Shown: positions 51,530 to 62,089, numbered from the stretch's first letter. The stretch is 64,000 bases of DNA from Bacteroidales bacterium (GCA_041393235.1 JAWKKO010000004.1:7581-71580); one strand, 5' to 3'. Notes: generated by a model not told the origin, from the letters alone. A program made the numbers and translations.

Positions 51530-52402
51530 TTATGAACGGTTTATATTCCTAACTTTCTCAATTTGAGCTGCAAAGTAAGCACTTTTTTCCGGATATTTCA
51601 AACTTAATTTCTCGTAGGCATAGATCGCCTTGGCGTACAATCCCTGCTTCACATAAATCCGTGCCAGGGTGTCCGTTATGAAGCCGTCATGCTCCGCGAT
51701 GGAGCGGAGGGAAACATCGCCCCGAAGGGACGTCTGGGCATCGGCCCGAATGGGTCCGTGATCACCCTGGATGAACCGCCGGATGAGCAGATTCTTCTCC
51801 CCACCCTGAACGGGCTCCGGTTCGGCAAGGGGTTCCGGGGAGGGTTCGACCATCGGTTCCGGCTCCGGTTCGGCAACGGGTTCCGGTTCGACCATCGATT
51901 CCGGTTCCGGTTCGACCATCGGTTCCGGTTCCGGTTCGACCATCGGTTCCGGTTCCGGATCAACCATCGGTTCCGGTTCCGGTTCCGGCTCGCCTTCATC
52001 GATCAGCAGGAGATCGGCGTCCCCTGAAACCGGTGACTCGGTCGGTTGATCGACAATGACCACATCCACCGGCTCGTCATCGGCCCGGGCAAAGATGATT
52101 CCCTGCTCCGCATCGCCCGGATCCGGCTCCTCGTCGTGGATTTCACGAGGTTGCGCCACCTCCGGCTTCTGTTCCTCCAGGAAATGGACCAGCTCAAACA
52201 ACCGGGTCCGGTTGCAGGCGTAAACGGCGGCCAGCTTTAGGTCGGCTTGCATCTCATGGCCAAGGTGTTCCATGATCCGGATCTTGAGCATGTGGGCAAG
52301 ACCGAACATGGGGTAGTTCCGGCAGAGGCTGCTGACCTCCTCCAGATCGGCCGGCGAATAATGCCCGGATTCCAGAAGGCGTTGTATGTCTGAACTATCC
52401 AT
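51530..52402 (-). CDS. hypothetical protein with an acidic EPEPEPMV tandem-repeat linker and a TPR-like C-terminus
   Basis: ATG 52402 gives [17 protein letters not shown].... The C-terminus [39 protein letters not shown] is TPR-like. Sits between lptE and secG. Confidence 0.7.
   Translation of the reverse strand: MDSSDIQRLLESGHYSPADLEEVSSLCRNYPMFGLAHMLKIRIMEHLGHEMQADLKLAAVYACNRTRLFELVHFLEEQKPEVAQPREIHDEEPDPGDAEQGIIFARADDEPVDVVIVDQPTESPVSGDADLLLIDEGEPEPEPEPMVDPEPEPMVEPEPEPMVEPEPESMVEPEPVAEPEPEPMVEPSPEPLAEPEPVQGGEKNLLIRRFIQGDHGPIRADAQTSLRGDVSLRSIAEHDGFITDTLARIYVKQGLYAKAIYAYEKLSLKYPEKSAYFAAQIEKVRNINRS
51811..51990. repeat. in-frame 24-nt tandem repeat (about 7 units, some degenerate) encoding (E/D)PEPEPMV
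   Basis: Units GGTTCGACCATCGGTTCCGGTTCC lie at 51843, 51885, 51909, 51933 and 51957, with degenerate or shortened copies flanking them. Confidence 0.9.
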
Positions 52403-52409
52403 TGTATTC

Positions 52410-52955
52410 TTACCAGTTGACAAAGGCCTGATTGAAAATGTCTTCCACCAGGTTCTCCACAATCAGGACAATCAGTTCTTCCTCAAAGGAACCCGAGAGG
52501 TCGTTGGAGGCATCGAAGTCCTCGTATCGGGAAAAACTGGATTCAAAATCGAATTCGGGTTGCACCTCGTTGGTAAACCGGACATTGACCGTGATGGTCA
52601 GACGGTTCATCGCCGCGGTTTCGGCGCCTGTGATGGCCATCGGCCTGACCTGATAATTGGTGATCTCGCCCGAAAAACTCACATCGCCTCCGTCGGTGTT
52701 CAGGTCAAGGGTGGTGTTTGCCTGGATTTTGTCCATGAGGGCGTCGGTGAACACCTGGCTCAACTGGGCCTGGACTTTGGGAGCACGGTTGGGAAAGTAG
52801 TCCACCGAATAGGAATGCACATCCGGCGATATGGTCGCACCGCTGAAGGAATAGGATACCTTGCAGGAAACAAGGCCCCACATTCCGGCGATCACAAGGG
52901 CAACCCGGGCAATCCGGACCAATGACTTTCGAATATCCTTCGATTTGCTCCTCAT
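52410..52955 (-). CDS. lptE: LPS-assembly lipoprotein LptE family
   Basis: 181 aa with the lipobox GLVSC. Bacteroidota LptE-like sequence ([11 protein letters not shown]...[13 protein letters not shown]). Confidence 0.75.
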   Translation of the reverse strand: MRSKSKDIRKSLVRIARVALVIAGMWGLVSCKVSYSFSGATISPDVHSYSVDYFPNRAPKVQAQLSQVFTDALMDKIQANTTLDLNTDGGDVSFSGEITNYQVRPMAITGAETAAMNRLTITVNVRFTNEVQPEFDFESSFSRYEDFDASNDLSGSFEEELIVLIVENLVEDIFNQAFVNW

Positions 52956-54202
52956 TGTTCGATGTTGTATTCTTTGATTTTGCGGTACAAAGTCCGTTCC
53001 GAAATTCCCAGATCCTGGGCGGCGTACTTCCGTTTCCCGTTGTGCTTGTCCAGGGCCTTGATGATGAGTTCGATTTCCTTGTCCTCCAAAGAAAGGGATT
53101 CTTCCACAATTTCCTCCGTATCCAGGATGGTTTCCTCGTCCCGTTCGTGTCGAACCGGAGGTGCATGGTGGGTGATGAGTTTGTCCATGTCCTCTTCGTG
53201 GTTGTCCACGGTGGCGTAAAGTTTCTTCAGAATGCCTTCGTTCTCCGCCTCGATGTCCCGGTGGCCTCCCCCCTTCTCCATGATCTGGGCCACCAGCTTC
53301 TTGAGATCGTTCATGTCGTTTTTCATGTCGAAGAGAACCTTGTACAGGATTTCCCGTTCCGAGCTGAAGGTTTCGTCGCCCAGGGCGTCCTTGGAGATCA
53401 GGGCGGGCAGACGGGTTTTCTGGTAGTCGGGCAGGTAGTGCATCAGTGCCTTGGCCGTCACTTCCCGGTCCTGCTCGATGATGGACAATTGCTCGGTGAC
53501 ATTTTTCAGCTGACGGACATTTCCGGGCCAGGAATAGTTCAGCATCATCTGCCGGGCTTCTTCGTCGAGCCGGATGGAAGGCATCCGGTACCGTTCCGAG
53601 AAATCAGAGGCAAATTTGCGGAACAACAGAAGAATGTCGTTCCCCCGGTCCTTCAATGACGGCACCTGAATGGGCACCGTGTTGAGCCGGTAGAACAGGT
53701 CCTCCCGAAACTTCCCCTTCTTGATGGCCACCGGAATGTCCAGATTTGTCGCAGCCACCACCCGCACGTCCGTTTTCATCACCTTGGAGGAACCCACCCG
53801 GATGAACTCGCCGGTCTCCAGGACCCGCAGCAGCCGCACCTGGGTCGAAAGGGGCAACTCGGCCACTTCGTCCAGGAAGATCGTTCCCCCGTCGGAGACT
53901 TCGAAATATCCCTTCCGGGTGTCGGTGGCCCCGGTGAACGCACCTTTCTCATGACCGAACAACTCCGAATCGATGGTGCCGTCGGGAATGGCCCCGCAGT
54001 TGACGGCAATGTAGGGGCCGTGCTTTCTCCCGCCCAGCTGATGGATGATCTGGGGAAAAACCTCCTTCCCGGTTCCACTCTCCCCGGTGATCAATGCACT
54101 CAGATCGGTGGGTGCCACCTGCCGGGCGATGTCGATGGCCCGGTCCAGCCCGCCGTAGTTCCCGATGATCCCGAAGCGCTGCTTGATGTGTTGAATGTCC
54201 AT
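52952..54202 (-). CDS. sigma-54-dependent transcriptional activator (AAA+ and HTH only, no N-terminal sensor/receiver domain)
   Basis: 416 aa with Walker A GESGTGKE, the GAFTGA loop (EKGAFTGA) and a C-terminal Fis-type HTH (ISERTLYRKIKEYNI). The AAA+ core begins about 25 aa from the N-terminus. Confidence 0.9.
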   Translation of the reverse strand: MDIQHIKQRFGIIGNYGGLDRAIDIARQVAPTDLSALITGESGTGKEVFPQIIHQLGGRKHGPYIAVNCGAIPDGTIDSELFGHEKGAFTGATDTRKGYFEVSDGGTIFLDEVAELPLSTQVRLLRVLETGEFIRVGSSKVMKTDVRVVAATNLDIPVAIKKGKFREDLFYRLNTVPIQVPSLKDRGNDILLLFRKFASDFSERYRMPSIRLDEEARQMMLNYSWPGNVRQLKNVTEQLSIIEQDREVTAKALMHYLPDYQKTRLPALISKDALGDETFSSEREILYKVLFDMKNDMNDLKKLVAQIMEKGGGHRDIEAENEGILKKLYATVDNHEEDMDKLITHHAPPVRHERDEETILDTEEIVEESLSLEDKEIELIIKALDKHNGKRKYAAQDLGISERTLYRKIKEYNIEQ

Positions 54203-54299
54203 GAAAATCTGACAGAATAACCTGAAAATATGACAAAATTACAATTTTCGGGGGATTCAAAAAGACTTCACCCTTTCTTTCTTACTTTTAAGAAAAAAA

Positions 54300-55055
54300 G
54301 TGAAGGACTTCCTCGGCATCATCCCCGCCCGCTACGCTTCCACACGCTTTCCGGGAAAACCCCTGGCCCTCCTCCGGGGCAAACCCATGATCCAATGGGT
54401 GTACGAAGGAGCATCCCGGGTGCTGGACCACCTGGCGGTTGCAACCGATGACCGCCGGATCCAGGAGGCAGTCCGTGGGTTCGGGGGCCGTTCGGTCCTG
54501 ACTTCCAACGAGCACCGCACCGGAACGGAGCGCTGTGCGGAAGCCCTTCACATCCTGGAGGAGGAAGAAGGCCGCACCTTTGAATTCGTCCTCAACGTGC
54601 AGGGAGACGAACCCCTGGTGGATGCCGGCAGCCTTCGATTGCTGGCGGATGGATTGAGGGAGGGAAATGCCCCCGTGGCCACCCTGATCCGGAAAGAAAG
54701 CGATCCCGTGGAACGAAACGACCCCAACCGGGTCAAGGTGGTGGTGGACCACAACCGGATGGCCCTTTATTTTTCCCGGGCCCGCATCCCCTATCCGAGG
54801 GATGAAGGATTTGCTGCCCCTGTCTACATCCACCTGGGACTTTACGGGTACCGGGCCGACACACTCAAGGAACTGGTATCCCTGCCGGAGCCCCCCCTGG
54901 AGCAGGCCGAAGCCCTGGAACAGCTCCGGTGGCTGTACCACGGATTCCGGATCCAGACTTGTGTGAGCGCACACGTGAGCCAGGGGGTCGATACCCCAGA
55001 GGACCTCGCGATGTTGGAAAAATTTCTTCAGGAAAATCCCCGCTACAGGGAATAG
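54300..55055 (+). CDS. kdsB: 3-deoxy-manno-octulosonate cytidylyltransferase
   Basis: 251 aa with GIIPARYASTRFPGKPL and NVQGDEPL. GTG start at 54300. Confidence 0.93.
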   Translation: MKDFLGIIPARYASTRFPGKPLALLRGKPMIQWVYEGASRVLDHLAVATDDRRIQEAVRGFGGRSVLTSNEHRTGTERCAEALHILEEEEGRTFEFVLNVQGDEPLVDAGSLRLLADGLREGNAPVATLIRKESDPVERNDPNRVKVVVDHNRMALYFSRARIPYPRDEGFAAPVYIHLGLYGYRADTLKELVSLPEPPLEQAEALEQLRWLYHGFRIQTCVSAHVSQGVDTPEDLAMLEKFLQENPRYRE

Positions 55056-55558
55056 GTCACCTTGAAGGTATAGAGATCGAATTCCGCCGTCAACTCCCGG
55101 AAGGAGTATTCCAGTTTGTTTCCGGTGGTTTTTGCCATTTCGATGAATCCCAGACCGGCACCGCCCTTGGAGGTAAATTTCCCATCGGTGATGGTGGTCC
55201 GGAACAGATTCTTAAGCTCCTCCCGGCTCCGGGTGTTCACCAGGTCGATCCGGTCCTTCAGGGCCTGCACATGCTCTTTCCGAACCGGATTGGAGGTCAC
55301 GAGTTCCAGGTTTTGCCCCGCCTGCGTGATGTCGAGGGTGGGACAGAAATCCCGCGGACGGGTCTGGTCGCAGCAGGGAAACTCGTCGCTGTATTTTGTG
55401 ATGTTCTCCAATGCTTCGATCATGATGGAGATCATCTTCTTGTAAGCCTTGAACGAAATGTCATGATCGTCCGCCGCCATCTTGAACTCCGACAGGAGCC
55501 AGTCAATGGTACTGAAAGACAACGGCCCCTGATAGGACAGGATTGACTTATTCAGCAT
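55043..55558 (-). CDS. SiaB-like (DUF6272-type) GHKL-fold putative protein kinase
   Basis: ATG 55558 gives MLNKSILSYQGPLSF.... KGGAGLGFIEMAK is a G-box-like motif. Family name recalled from memory. Confidence 0.5.
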   Translation of the reverse strand: MLNKSILSYQGPLSFSTIDWLLSEFKMAADDHDISFKAYKKMISIMIEALENITKYSDEFPCCDQTRPRDFCPTLDITQAGQNLELVTSNPVRKEHVQALKDRIDLVNTRSREELKNLFRTTITDGKFTSKGGAGLGFIEMAKTTGNKLEYSFRELTAEFDLYTFKVTYSL

Positions 55559-55599
55559 GGCGAAACAGGTTAATTCCTGAAATGTACAAAAAAAACCGG

Positions 55600-56073
55600 T
55601 CACGCTTCGTCCGGGTTTTCCACATACCCCACATCCTCAGGTAGCGAGGGTCGGTGGCTTGCTTCCACGGCCAAACGGTCGCAACGTTCGTTCTCCGGGA
55701 TGTTGGCATGTCCCTTGACCCAGACAAAGGCCGGTTTGTAGATCCGGTACAGTTCCAGAAACCGAATCCACAGGTCGGGGTTTTTCCGCTTTTTGAATTG
55801 CTTGGCTTCCCAGGAAAACACCCATCCTTTGTTCACGGCATCCGACACATAGCGGGAGTCGGTGTAAATCCGGATCCGCAGATCGGTCCGTTTGAGCGCC
55901 TCCAGACCCCGGATGACCGCCAGCAGCTCCATGCGGTTGTTGGTGGTCATCCGGTATCCTTCGGCAATTTCCTTTCGAAGGGAATGGTAGATCATCACGA
56001 CTCCCAGACCGCCGGGCCCCGGGTTTCCCCGGGCTGCGCCGTCGGTGTATATGGTGATCTCTCCCTCCGGCAT
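55600..56073 (-). CDS. rnhA: ribonuclease HI
   Basis: ATG 56073 gives MPEGEITIYTDGAARGNPGPGG.... The start overlaps the S46 peptidase stop by 1 nt. Confidence 0.92.
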   Translation of the reverse strand: MPEGEITIYTDGAARGNPGPGGLGVVMIYHSLRKEIAEGYRMTTNNRMELLAVIRGLEALKRTDLRIRIYTDSRYVSDAVNKGWVFSWEAKQFKKRKNPDLWIRFLELYRIYKPAFVWVKGHANIPENERCDRLAVEASHRPSLPEDVGYVENPDEA

Positions 56074-58226
56074 CAGCGCACCAGGGTCATTTCTTCCACG
56101 AGGTGACCCGCGCCGGCGTATTTGTCGATGACAAACAGCACGTAGCGGATGTCCACGTTGATGCACTTCTGCAATTCGGTTTCAAAGGCCACGTCGCCGC
56201 TCATGGCTTCCCAGTTCCCGTCAAAGGCGATGCCGATGAGCTCGCCCCGGGAATTCATCACCGGACTTCCCGAGTTGCCTCCCGTGATGTCGTTGTTGGT
56301 GGTGAAGCAGACGTTCATGACGCCGTCCTTGCCATAGGGGCCGTAGTCTTTGGCTTCGTACAGCTCCTTGAGCCGGGGCGACACGTCGAATTCGAAGTCA
56401 TTGGGAATCTCTTTCTCCATGACACCCTTCAGGGTGGTGAAGTGGGTGTAGTGCACCGCGTCGGCGGCCATGTAGTCCCCGACCGTTCCGTAGGTCAGCC
56501 GGATGGTGGAATTGGCATCGGAGTAGTACTCCCGGCCGGAATTCATTTCGATGCGGCCCTGCAGGTACAGTCGGCTTCCCCGGTCGTATGCATCGGCATA
56601 GGCAGCCATCTGTCCGCGGATCTCAAAGTACTTCTGGGCATGGATCACCGCCTGGTAGCCCGGGTCCTTTTGCAGGACCTTGAGATCCGGCGCATCGAGG
56701 AAGGCCATGAATTTGGCCTCGTCCACCAGGATGGATTTCTTGAAATAGGCATCGACGTACTTGTCGATGTCGCCTTTGTATTTCGTCCCCACTTCCAGGA
56801 TGTTGACCGGAAGGTAATCCTTTTTCAGGTCCTGGATCAGAAGGGCGATCATGGCCTTCATCACCTTCTTGTCGGTGGGGGCGTTGTAATCTTTGTAGAA
56901 ATCGGCCGCGTAGACTTTCAGGGCCTCCACCATCTCCTCCAGCTTGGCAGCCTCCGTGGATTCATCCACAAGCATGCGGTCGAGCTGGGTGAGCGCCCGG
57001 CCGAACAACACAGTTTCCATTCCCATGTAAACACATTCATACAGGTACTGGGACGCATTTTGCAGCTCCCGCCTCCCTTCGATGGCCGACTGAATGTCCT
57101 GCAAAGCGGTTCCGTATTTGGCCTGACGCGTGGCATCGGCCGCCACCCAGCTGCGGAAGGCTTCTTCCTCCGCTTCTTTCTTGGCAACCACCTTCAGGTT
57201 CTTCAGGCCCTTGCTTTGCCCGATGCTGTACTTCCAGTAGTTGGAGGAACGCGAGTATTTGCTGGCATACTGGATGCGCACTTTGTCGCTGGCCTGCATG
57301 TCTTCCATCTGGATGTCCTGCTTGGTGCCGCGGATCTTGATGCGGTTGGGGTGGTCCACTTCCAGCAGCTCCTTGACCTCCCAGGAGGTGATGTAGCGGT
57401 CGGTGTTCCCGGGGAAGCCCATGACCATGGCAAAGTCGCCTTCTTCGTACCCTTTCAGGGACACGGGCAGATAATATTTCGATTGCAGGGGGATGTTGTC
57501 GGGACTGTATTCGGCGGGCAGGCCGTCGGGACCGGTATACACCCGGAACATGCTGAAATCGCCTGTGTGGCGGGGCCACATCCAGTTGTCGGTGTCGTGT
57601 CCGAACTTCCCGATGGACTCCGGGGGAGCGCCCACGAGGCGGACATCCAGGAAGGTCTCCAGCACGAACAAAAAGAAGCGGTTGCCTTCGAACAGACTGC
57701 GCACCCGGGCTTCGTAGTGGGTTCCTTCGGTGGCTTTGGCACTGATTTCGCCACTCAGGGCTTCGATCTTGGCGGCACGCTCTTCTTCCGTCATGCCGTC
57801 GGTGAGTCCGGCCAGAACCTGGTCGGTCACCTCCTCCATCCGGACCAGGAAGGTCACCGTCTTGCCCTCATTGGGGAGTTCTTCGTCCCGGCTCATGGCC
57901 CAGAACCCGTTTTTCAGGTAGTCGTGTTCCACCGAACTGTGGGCCTGGATTTCGCCGTACCCGCAATGGTGGTTGGTGAGCAACAAACCTTCGGAGCTCA
58001 CAAGTTCGCTTGTGCAGGAACCGTAGTCCAGGGCTCCCACGGCGTCTTTGAGACTGGCGTGGTTGACGCTGTAGATATCCTCGGCCGTCAGTTCCAGGCC
58101 CATGTCATGCATCTCGTCCATGTTGATTTTCTGGACCAGGCTCAGGAGCCACATGCCTTCGTCGGCGCGCACCTTGCCGGGCAGAGCCAGCAAGACGAGC
58201 AATGCAATGCTGATGTACTTTCTCAT
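56073..58226 (-). CDS. S46 family dipeptidyl-peptidase (DPP7/DPP11-like)
   Basis: 717 aa with a signal peptide followed by DEGMWL. Catalytic region NNDITGGNSGSPV. Confidence 0.9.
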   Translation of the reverse strand: MRKYISIALLVLLALPGKVRADEGMWLLSLVQKINMDEMHDMGLELTAEDIYSVNHASLKDAVGALDYGSCTSELVSSEGLLLTNHHCGYGEIQAHSSVEHDYLKNGFWAMSRDEELPNEGKTVTFLVRMEEVTDQVLAGLTDGMTEEERAAKIEALSGEISAKATEGTHYEARVRSLFEGNRFFLFVLETFLDVRLVGAPPESIGKFGHDTDNWMWPRHTGDFSMFRVYTGPDGLPAEYSPDNIPLQSKYYLPVSLKGYEEGDFAMVMGFPGNTDRYITSWEVKELLEVDHPNRIKIRGTKQDIQMEDMQASDKVRIQYASKYSRSSNYWKYSIGQSKGLKNLKVVAKKEAEEEAFRSWVAADATRQAKYGTALQDIQSAIEGRRELQNASQYLYECVYMGMETVLFGRALTQLDRMLVDESTEAAKLEEMVEALKVYAADFYKDYNAPTDKKVMKAMIALLIQDLKKDYLPVNILEVGTKYKGDIDKYVDAYFKKSILVDEAKFMAFLDAPDLKVLQKDPGYQAVIHAQKYFEIRGQMAAYADAYDRGSRLYLQGRIEMNSGREYYSDANSTIRLTYGTVGDYMAADAVHYTHFTTLKGVMEKEIPNDFEFDVSPRLKELYEAKDYGPYGKDGVMNVCFTTNNDITGGNSGSPVMNSRGELIGIAFDGNWEAMSGDVAFETELQKCINVDIRYVLFVIDKYAGAGHLVEEMTLVR

Positions 58227-58337
58227 AAGAATCGTATTATAACGTAGGTTTCGGTTTTGCGGGATTCATGCAAAGATGGGATTTTTCTCCATTTTCAAGT
58301 CCCCGCAGTCCCCCTTTTCAGTGAGGGGGGCATATGT

Positions 58338-58940
58338 TTAAAAGAAGTTCAGGGCCATTTGTTCATTCAGGAGCCGAAAGGAGCGGCGGTGGTACCGGGT
58401 GGGACCCAGCGTTGCCACGGCCATCCGGTGGGCCCGGGTGGGGTAGCCCGCGTTGCTTCGCCACCCGTATTCCGGATGTTCCTCGTGCAATCGGGCCATG
58501 AAACTGTCTCGGTGGGTCTTGGCCAGGACGGATGCCGCTGCAATGGAGGCGAAGCGGGCATCTCCCCCGACGAAGCACAGGTGAGGGACGGATCCGTAGG
58601 CCGTGAACCGGTTCCCGTCCACCAGAACCCGGTCCGGGGTTCGTTCCAGTTGATCCAGAGCCAAATGCATGGCCCGGATGGAGGCATTCAGGATGTTGAT
58701 CTGGTCGATTTCGGATTCGGACACGAAAGCCACGCCATAGGCAAGGGCCTGGGCTTCGATGAGGGGCCGAAGGGCTTCCCTTTTCCGGGCACTCAGTTTC
58801 TTGCTGTCGTTCAATCCGGGCAAATCCCAATCCCGGGGGAGGATGACTGCGGCGGCGCAAACCGGACCCGCAATGCATCCCCGGCCCGCTTCATCGCAGC
58901 CGGCTTCCCATCCGTCGGCCCGATAACAGGGTTCAAGCAT
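58338..58940 (-). CDS. rnhB: ribonuclease HII
   Basis: 200 aa with the GCDEAGRGCIAGPV motif. Confidence 0.93.
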   Translation of the reverse strand: MLEPCYRADGWEAGCDEAGRGCIAGPVCAAAVILPRDWDLPGLNDSKKLSARKREALRPLIEAQALAYGVAFVSESEIDQINILNASIRAMHLALDQLERTPDRVLVDGNRFTAYGSVPHLCFVGGDARFASIAAASVLAKTHRDSFMARLHEEHPEYGWRSNAGYPTRAHRMAVATLGPTRYHRRSFRLLNEQMALNFF

Positions 58941-60096
58941 TCGTTTCCAGAACTTTCTCCATGGAGGCCCAGAGCATGCGGGCCGTGTGGTCCCAGGAAT
59001 ATTTTTCGCGTTGCTGCCGCCCCTTCCCGATCAGCTCCTCCCGGAGTCCCTCCTCCCGGACCATGCGCACCATGGCGTCCCGGATGCTGGCCGGACTTTC
59101 GGGGATGGCCCACAGGGCGGCGTCTCCGGCGATTTCGGGCAGACTCGTCACCTTGGAGGCGATCACGGGCACATCGCACTTCATGGCTTCGACAAGCGGA
59201 ATACCGAAGCCTTCGAAATAGGGAACGAAGGTGAGGGCCCAGGCGGCGGCCATGAGGTTCCGCAATGCCTCCGGAGACAACCGGCCGGTGAAAATGACAT
59301 CGTGCCGGAAACTCATTTTCTCCAGCTGCTCTTCCATGGCACCGGTGAGAAAAAACGGCTCGCCCACGATCACCAGCTTGAATTCGCCCTTGTGTTCCTC
59401 CCGAAAGAGTTGAAACGCCTTCAGCAAATGGGTGATGTTCTTGCGGGGGTGGATGCTGCCCACAAAGATGAAAAAGGGCGCTCCTCCCGTGTATTCTCCC
59501 CTCACCTCTGCGGCCTGCTCCGGAGAAATGGGCTGGTAGCGGTCGTTGGCCCCGTTGTAGGCCAGGTCCACCATCTCCTCGTTGATTTCATACTGGTTGA
59601 TGATGTCGCGTCGGCTGTATTCCGACACCGTGACGATCCGCCGGGCGGCCCGGGCATACCTGGGAAAGAAATGCCGGTAATACCACCGCACCAGGGGAGG
59701 AAGGTCCCAGGGCCGGTGCTCGAAGTTCAGATCGTGAATGACGGCCACCGAAGGGACCGGCGACCGCAGCGACAAAAACCCGTCTGTGCTCAGGAACAGG
59801 TCGGGCCGCTTCTTCTTCAGAAAGGCGTGGAGGCGCCACTGAAACCAGATGTACCAGAGCAAGGGGTGCCGGGTGGAGGGCCGGAGAACGACCGGTGTGA
59901 TGTTCTCACTGAAAATCACCTCTTTGCTGTATTTCCGGTCGAAAAGAAAATAGAAATGGGTGTCGGGATGATCGCGGGTGATCCGTTTCAGGGTTTCAAA
60001 GGTAAACCAACCCATGCCATCCAGCTTTCCGGGCATGAGCAAACGGGTGTTTACAGCAATGCTCCTCTGATACGTCTTCTGCTCCAAAACTGCCAA
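58933..60096 (-). CDS. glycosyltransferase family 4 (GT-B)
   Basis: 387 aa with the EGFGIPLVEAM (EX7E) motif. TTG start at 60096. 8-nt overlap with rnhB. Confidence 0.85.
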   Translation of the reverse strand: MAVLEQKTYQRSIAVNTRLLMPGKLDGMGWFTFETLKRITRDHPDTHFYFLFDRKYSKEVIFSENITPVVLRPSTRHPLLWYIWFQWRLHAFLKKKRPDLFLSTDGFLSLRSPVPSVAVIHDLNFEHRPWDLPPLVRWYYRHFFPRYARAARRIVTVSEYSRRDIINQYEINEEMVDLAYNGANDRYQPISPEQAAEVRGEYTGGAPFFIFVGSIHPRKNITHLLKAFQLFREEHKGEFKLVIVGEPFFLTGAMEEQLEKMSFRHDVIFTGRLSPEALRNLMAAAWALTFVPYFEGFGIPLVEAMKCDVPVIASKVTSLPEIAGDAALWAIPESPASIRDAMVRMVREEGLREELIGKGRQQREKYSWDHTARMLWASMEKVLETNA

Positions 60097-60186
60097 AAAA
60101 ATCTGCAGCGAACTTATTACATTTGTGTTGAATTAAAAAATAATTCCAGTGCCAACCCGGTCCGGAGGGGCTTAATTAAATCGAAT

Positions 60187-61632
60187 TTGAAAAAGCGGTT
60201 TCTTTCCAACCTTGCACTGCTCATCGCACTGAACCTCCTGATCAAGCCGTTTTGGTTTTTCGGTATCGAGGTGGGGGTTCAAAACCGGGTGGGAGAAAGT
60301 GAATACGGGTTTTATTTCTCCCTGTTCAATTTTGCCCTGATCCTCAACATCCTGCTCGACCTGGGGATCCAGAATTACAACAACCGGGCCATCGCCCGGA
60401 ATCCCCGTCTTCTGCCCGGCCACCTGACCGCCATCGTGCCCCTCAAGTTTGCCCTGGCCCTGCTCTATGCCGTCGTGGCGTTTGTTGCAGCCCGTTTCCT
60501 GGGATACGACAGGGAACAGATGCACCTGCTGCGGGTGCTGGCATTCAACCAATTCCTGGCCTCCTTCATTCTCTATTTCCGGACCAACATCAGCGGTTTG
60601 CATCTGTTTCGCACCGATAGCCTTCTGTCGGTCATGGACCGCACCCTGATGATCCTGATCACCGGATTGTTGCTCTGGGGCCGCATCCTGGACGCCCCCT
60701 TTCGCATTCAGTGGTTCGCCTATGCGCAGACGGCATCCTATGGCATCACGCTGCTCACCGTGGTTCTCCTGGTCCGATCCCACACCGGAGGAAAGCTTCC
60801 CCCCATCCGACTGGCCAGTTCCCTGACCATCCTGAAAGCCAGCCTTCCCTTCGCCCTGCTGATCCTGTTGATGGCGACCTTCAACCGCATCGATTCGGTC
60901 ATGCTGGAGCGGATGCTTCCGGACGGAAAGCGGGAAGCCGGCATCTATGCCCAGTCCTTTCGCATTTACGATGCTCTGTCCCAGTTCAGCCTCTTGTTTG
61001 CCGCTCTTCTGTTGCCCATGTTTTCCCGGATGCTTCGGAAAAAGGAAAATGTCAACGACCTCATCCGCCTGGCCCTTCCCCTGCTCCTGGTGACCGGAAT
61101 CACGGCCGCCGTGGCAGGCAATGCATACAAGCAGGAGATCATCCGGTTCCTGTATGATTCCCCCTCCGGAACCAGCGGAAAAATCTTCGGGATCCTCATC
61201 CTTGGATTCCTTTGCGTTTCTGTCTCCTATGTGTACGGAACCCTCCTGACGGCCAACCGGAACCTGAAAGTGCTTAATTTACTGGCTGCCAGCACTGTGG
61301 TGCTAAACCTGTCATTGAATCTGATCCTGATTCCCCACCACGGGGCCCTGGGGGCCGCCTGGTCAAGTTTCATCTCCCAGGCCTATTACGCCCTGATGCA
61401 AGTGATCCTTGCCGGGAGAATCCTGCACCTGCCTTCCAACCGGGACCTCCTGCTGCGATTGATCCCCTTGCTTGGAGCCAGTGTGGGTTCTGCCTTCCTG
61501 GTCAGACAACTGGTTCCGGGATGGGGAATGGGATTCGTCCTCATTCTAGCAGTGAGCGCACTCGTTTCTCTGGCCCTCGGTCTGATCCGTCCCCGGGAGG
61601 TTCGGTCCATTCTCCAGAACGAAGAATCCTGA
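60187..61632 (+). CDS. oligosaccharide flippase / polysaccharide biosynthesis (MOP/Wzx-like) membrane protein
   Basis: The C-terminal ~481 aa of the 881-aa track ORF are polytopic and Wzx-like. The N-terminal part is antisense to the GT4 gene. The first plausible in-frame start is TTG 60187 (MKKRFLSNLALLIALNL). Confidence 0.75.
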   Translation: MKKRFLSNLALLIALNLLIKPFWFFGIEVGVQNRVGESEYGFYFSLFNFALILNILLDLGIQNYNNRAIARNPRLLPGHLTAIVPLKFALALLYAVVAFVAARFLGYDREQMHLLRVLAFNQFLASFILYFRTNISGLHLFRTDSLLSVMDRTLMILITGLLLWGRILDAPFRIQWFAYAQTASYGITLLTVVLLVRSHTGGKLPPIRLASSLTILKASLPFALLILLMATFNRIDSVMLERMLPDGKREAGIYAQSFRIYDALSQFSLLFAALLLPMFSRMLRKKENVNDLIRLALPLLLVTGITAAVAGNAYKQEIIRFLYDSPSGTSGKIFGILILGFLCVSVSYVYGTLLTANRNLKVLNLLAASTVVLNLSLNLILIPHHGALGAAWSSFISQAYYALMQVILAGRILHLPSNRDLLLRLIPLLGASVGSAFLVRQLVPGWGMGFVLILAVSALVSLALGLIRPREVRSILQNEES

Positions 61633-61824
61633 TTCCTCCGGCGACATTTCACCACCCTTGTTTCAAATTTTACACACCTATATGCATTAGTATGAAATAG
61701 CATATACCTTCTATTACAACCTATTAATATTTGTATTTATAGATTTTTTTATTCTACTTTATTTTTACACTGGCACAGCAAATTCATTCAAACCTTCGTC
61801 GGGAAGACCCATATATCCGGGACA

Positions 61825-62082
61825 ATGTCTATTTTTATGGAAATCAAACCTTCCGCAGTGGATCACAAGAAAGACGAGAAACTCAGACGCAATTGCAGAA
61901 GCACCATTCTGTTCAACAAGCGGGAATTGGATGCCCTGAATCTGTATTGCGACAAATACAAGATCAAGAACAAATCCAAATTCATCCGGGAGACCATCAT
62001 GACAGAGGTCCTCAAACGGTTCGACGAGGACTACCCCACATTGTTCGAATTCGAGAAACCCAATCTGTTTTACAACCGATAG
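61825..62082 (+). CDS. small hypothetical protein, possible ribbon-helix-helix fold
   Basis: 85 aa. RSTILFNKRELDALNLYCDKYKIKNKSKFIRETIMTEVLKRF looks like a strand-helix-helix arrangement. Preceded by an AT-rich spacer. Alternative ATG at 61837. Confidence 0.5.
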   Translation: MSIFMEIKPSAVDHKKDEKLRRNCRSTILFNKRELDALNLYCDKYKIKNKSKFIRETIMTEVLKRFDEDYPTLFEFEKPNLFYNR

Positions 62083-62089
62083 CCAAGGC

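Noticed and set aside
51811-51990. Regularly spaced short repeats considered as a possible CRISPR array
   Set aside because: The units are contiguous with no spacers, have a 24-nt period, are in frame and encode EPEPEPMV inside a conserved ORF. This is a coding tandem repeat, not CRISPR.
58987-60186. N-terminal 400 aa of the 881-aa plus-strand ORF
   Set aside because: This part lies antisense to the GT4 gene and has low-complexity composition. Only the polytopic C-terminal part from TTG 60187 looks like a real (flippase) gene.
61771-61786. TGGCAC motif upstream of the small RHH-like ORF considered as a sigma-54 promoter
   Set aside because: The sequence TGGCACAGCAAATTCA has TC rather than the invariant GC at the -12 position for either allowed spacing.
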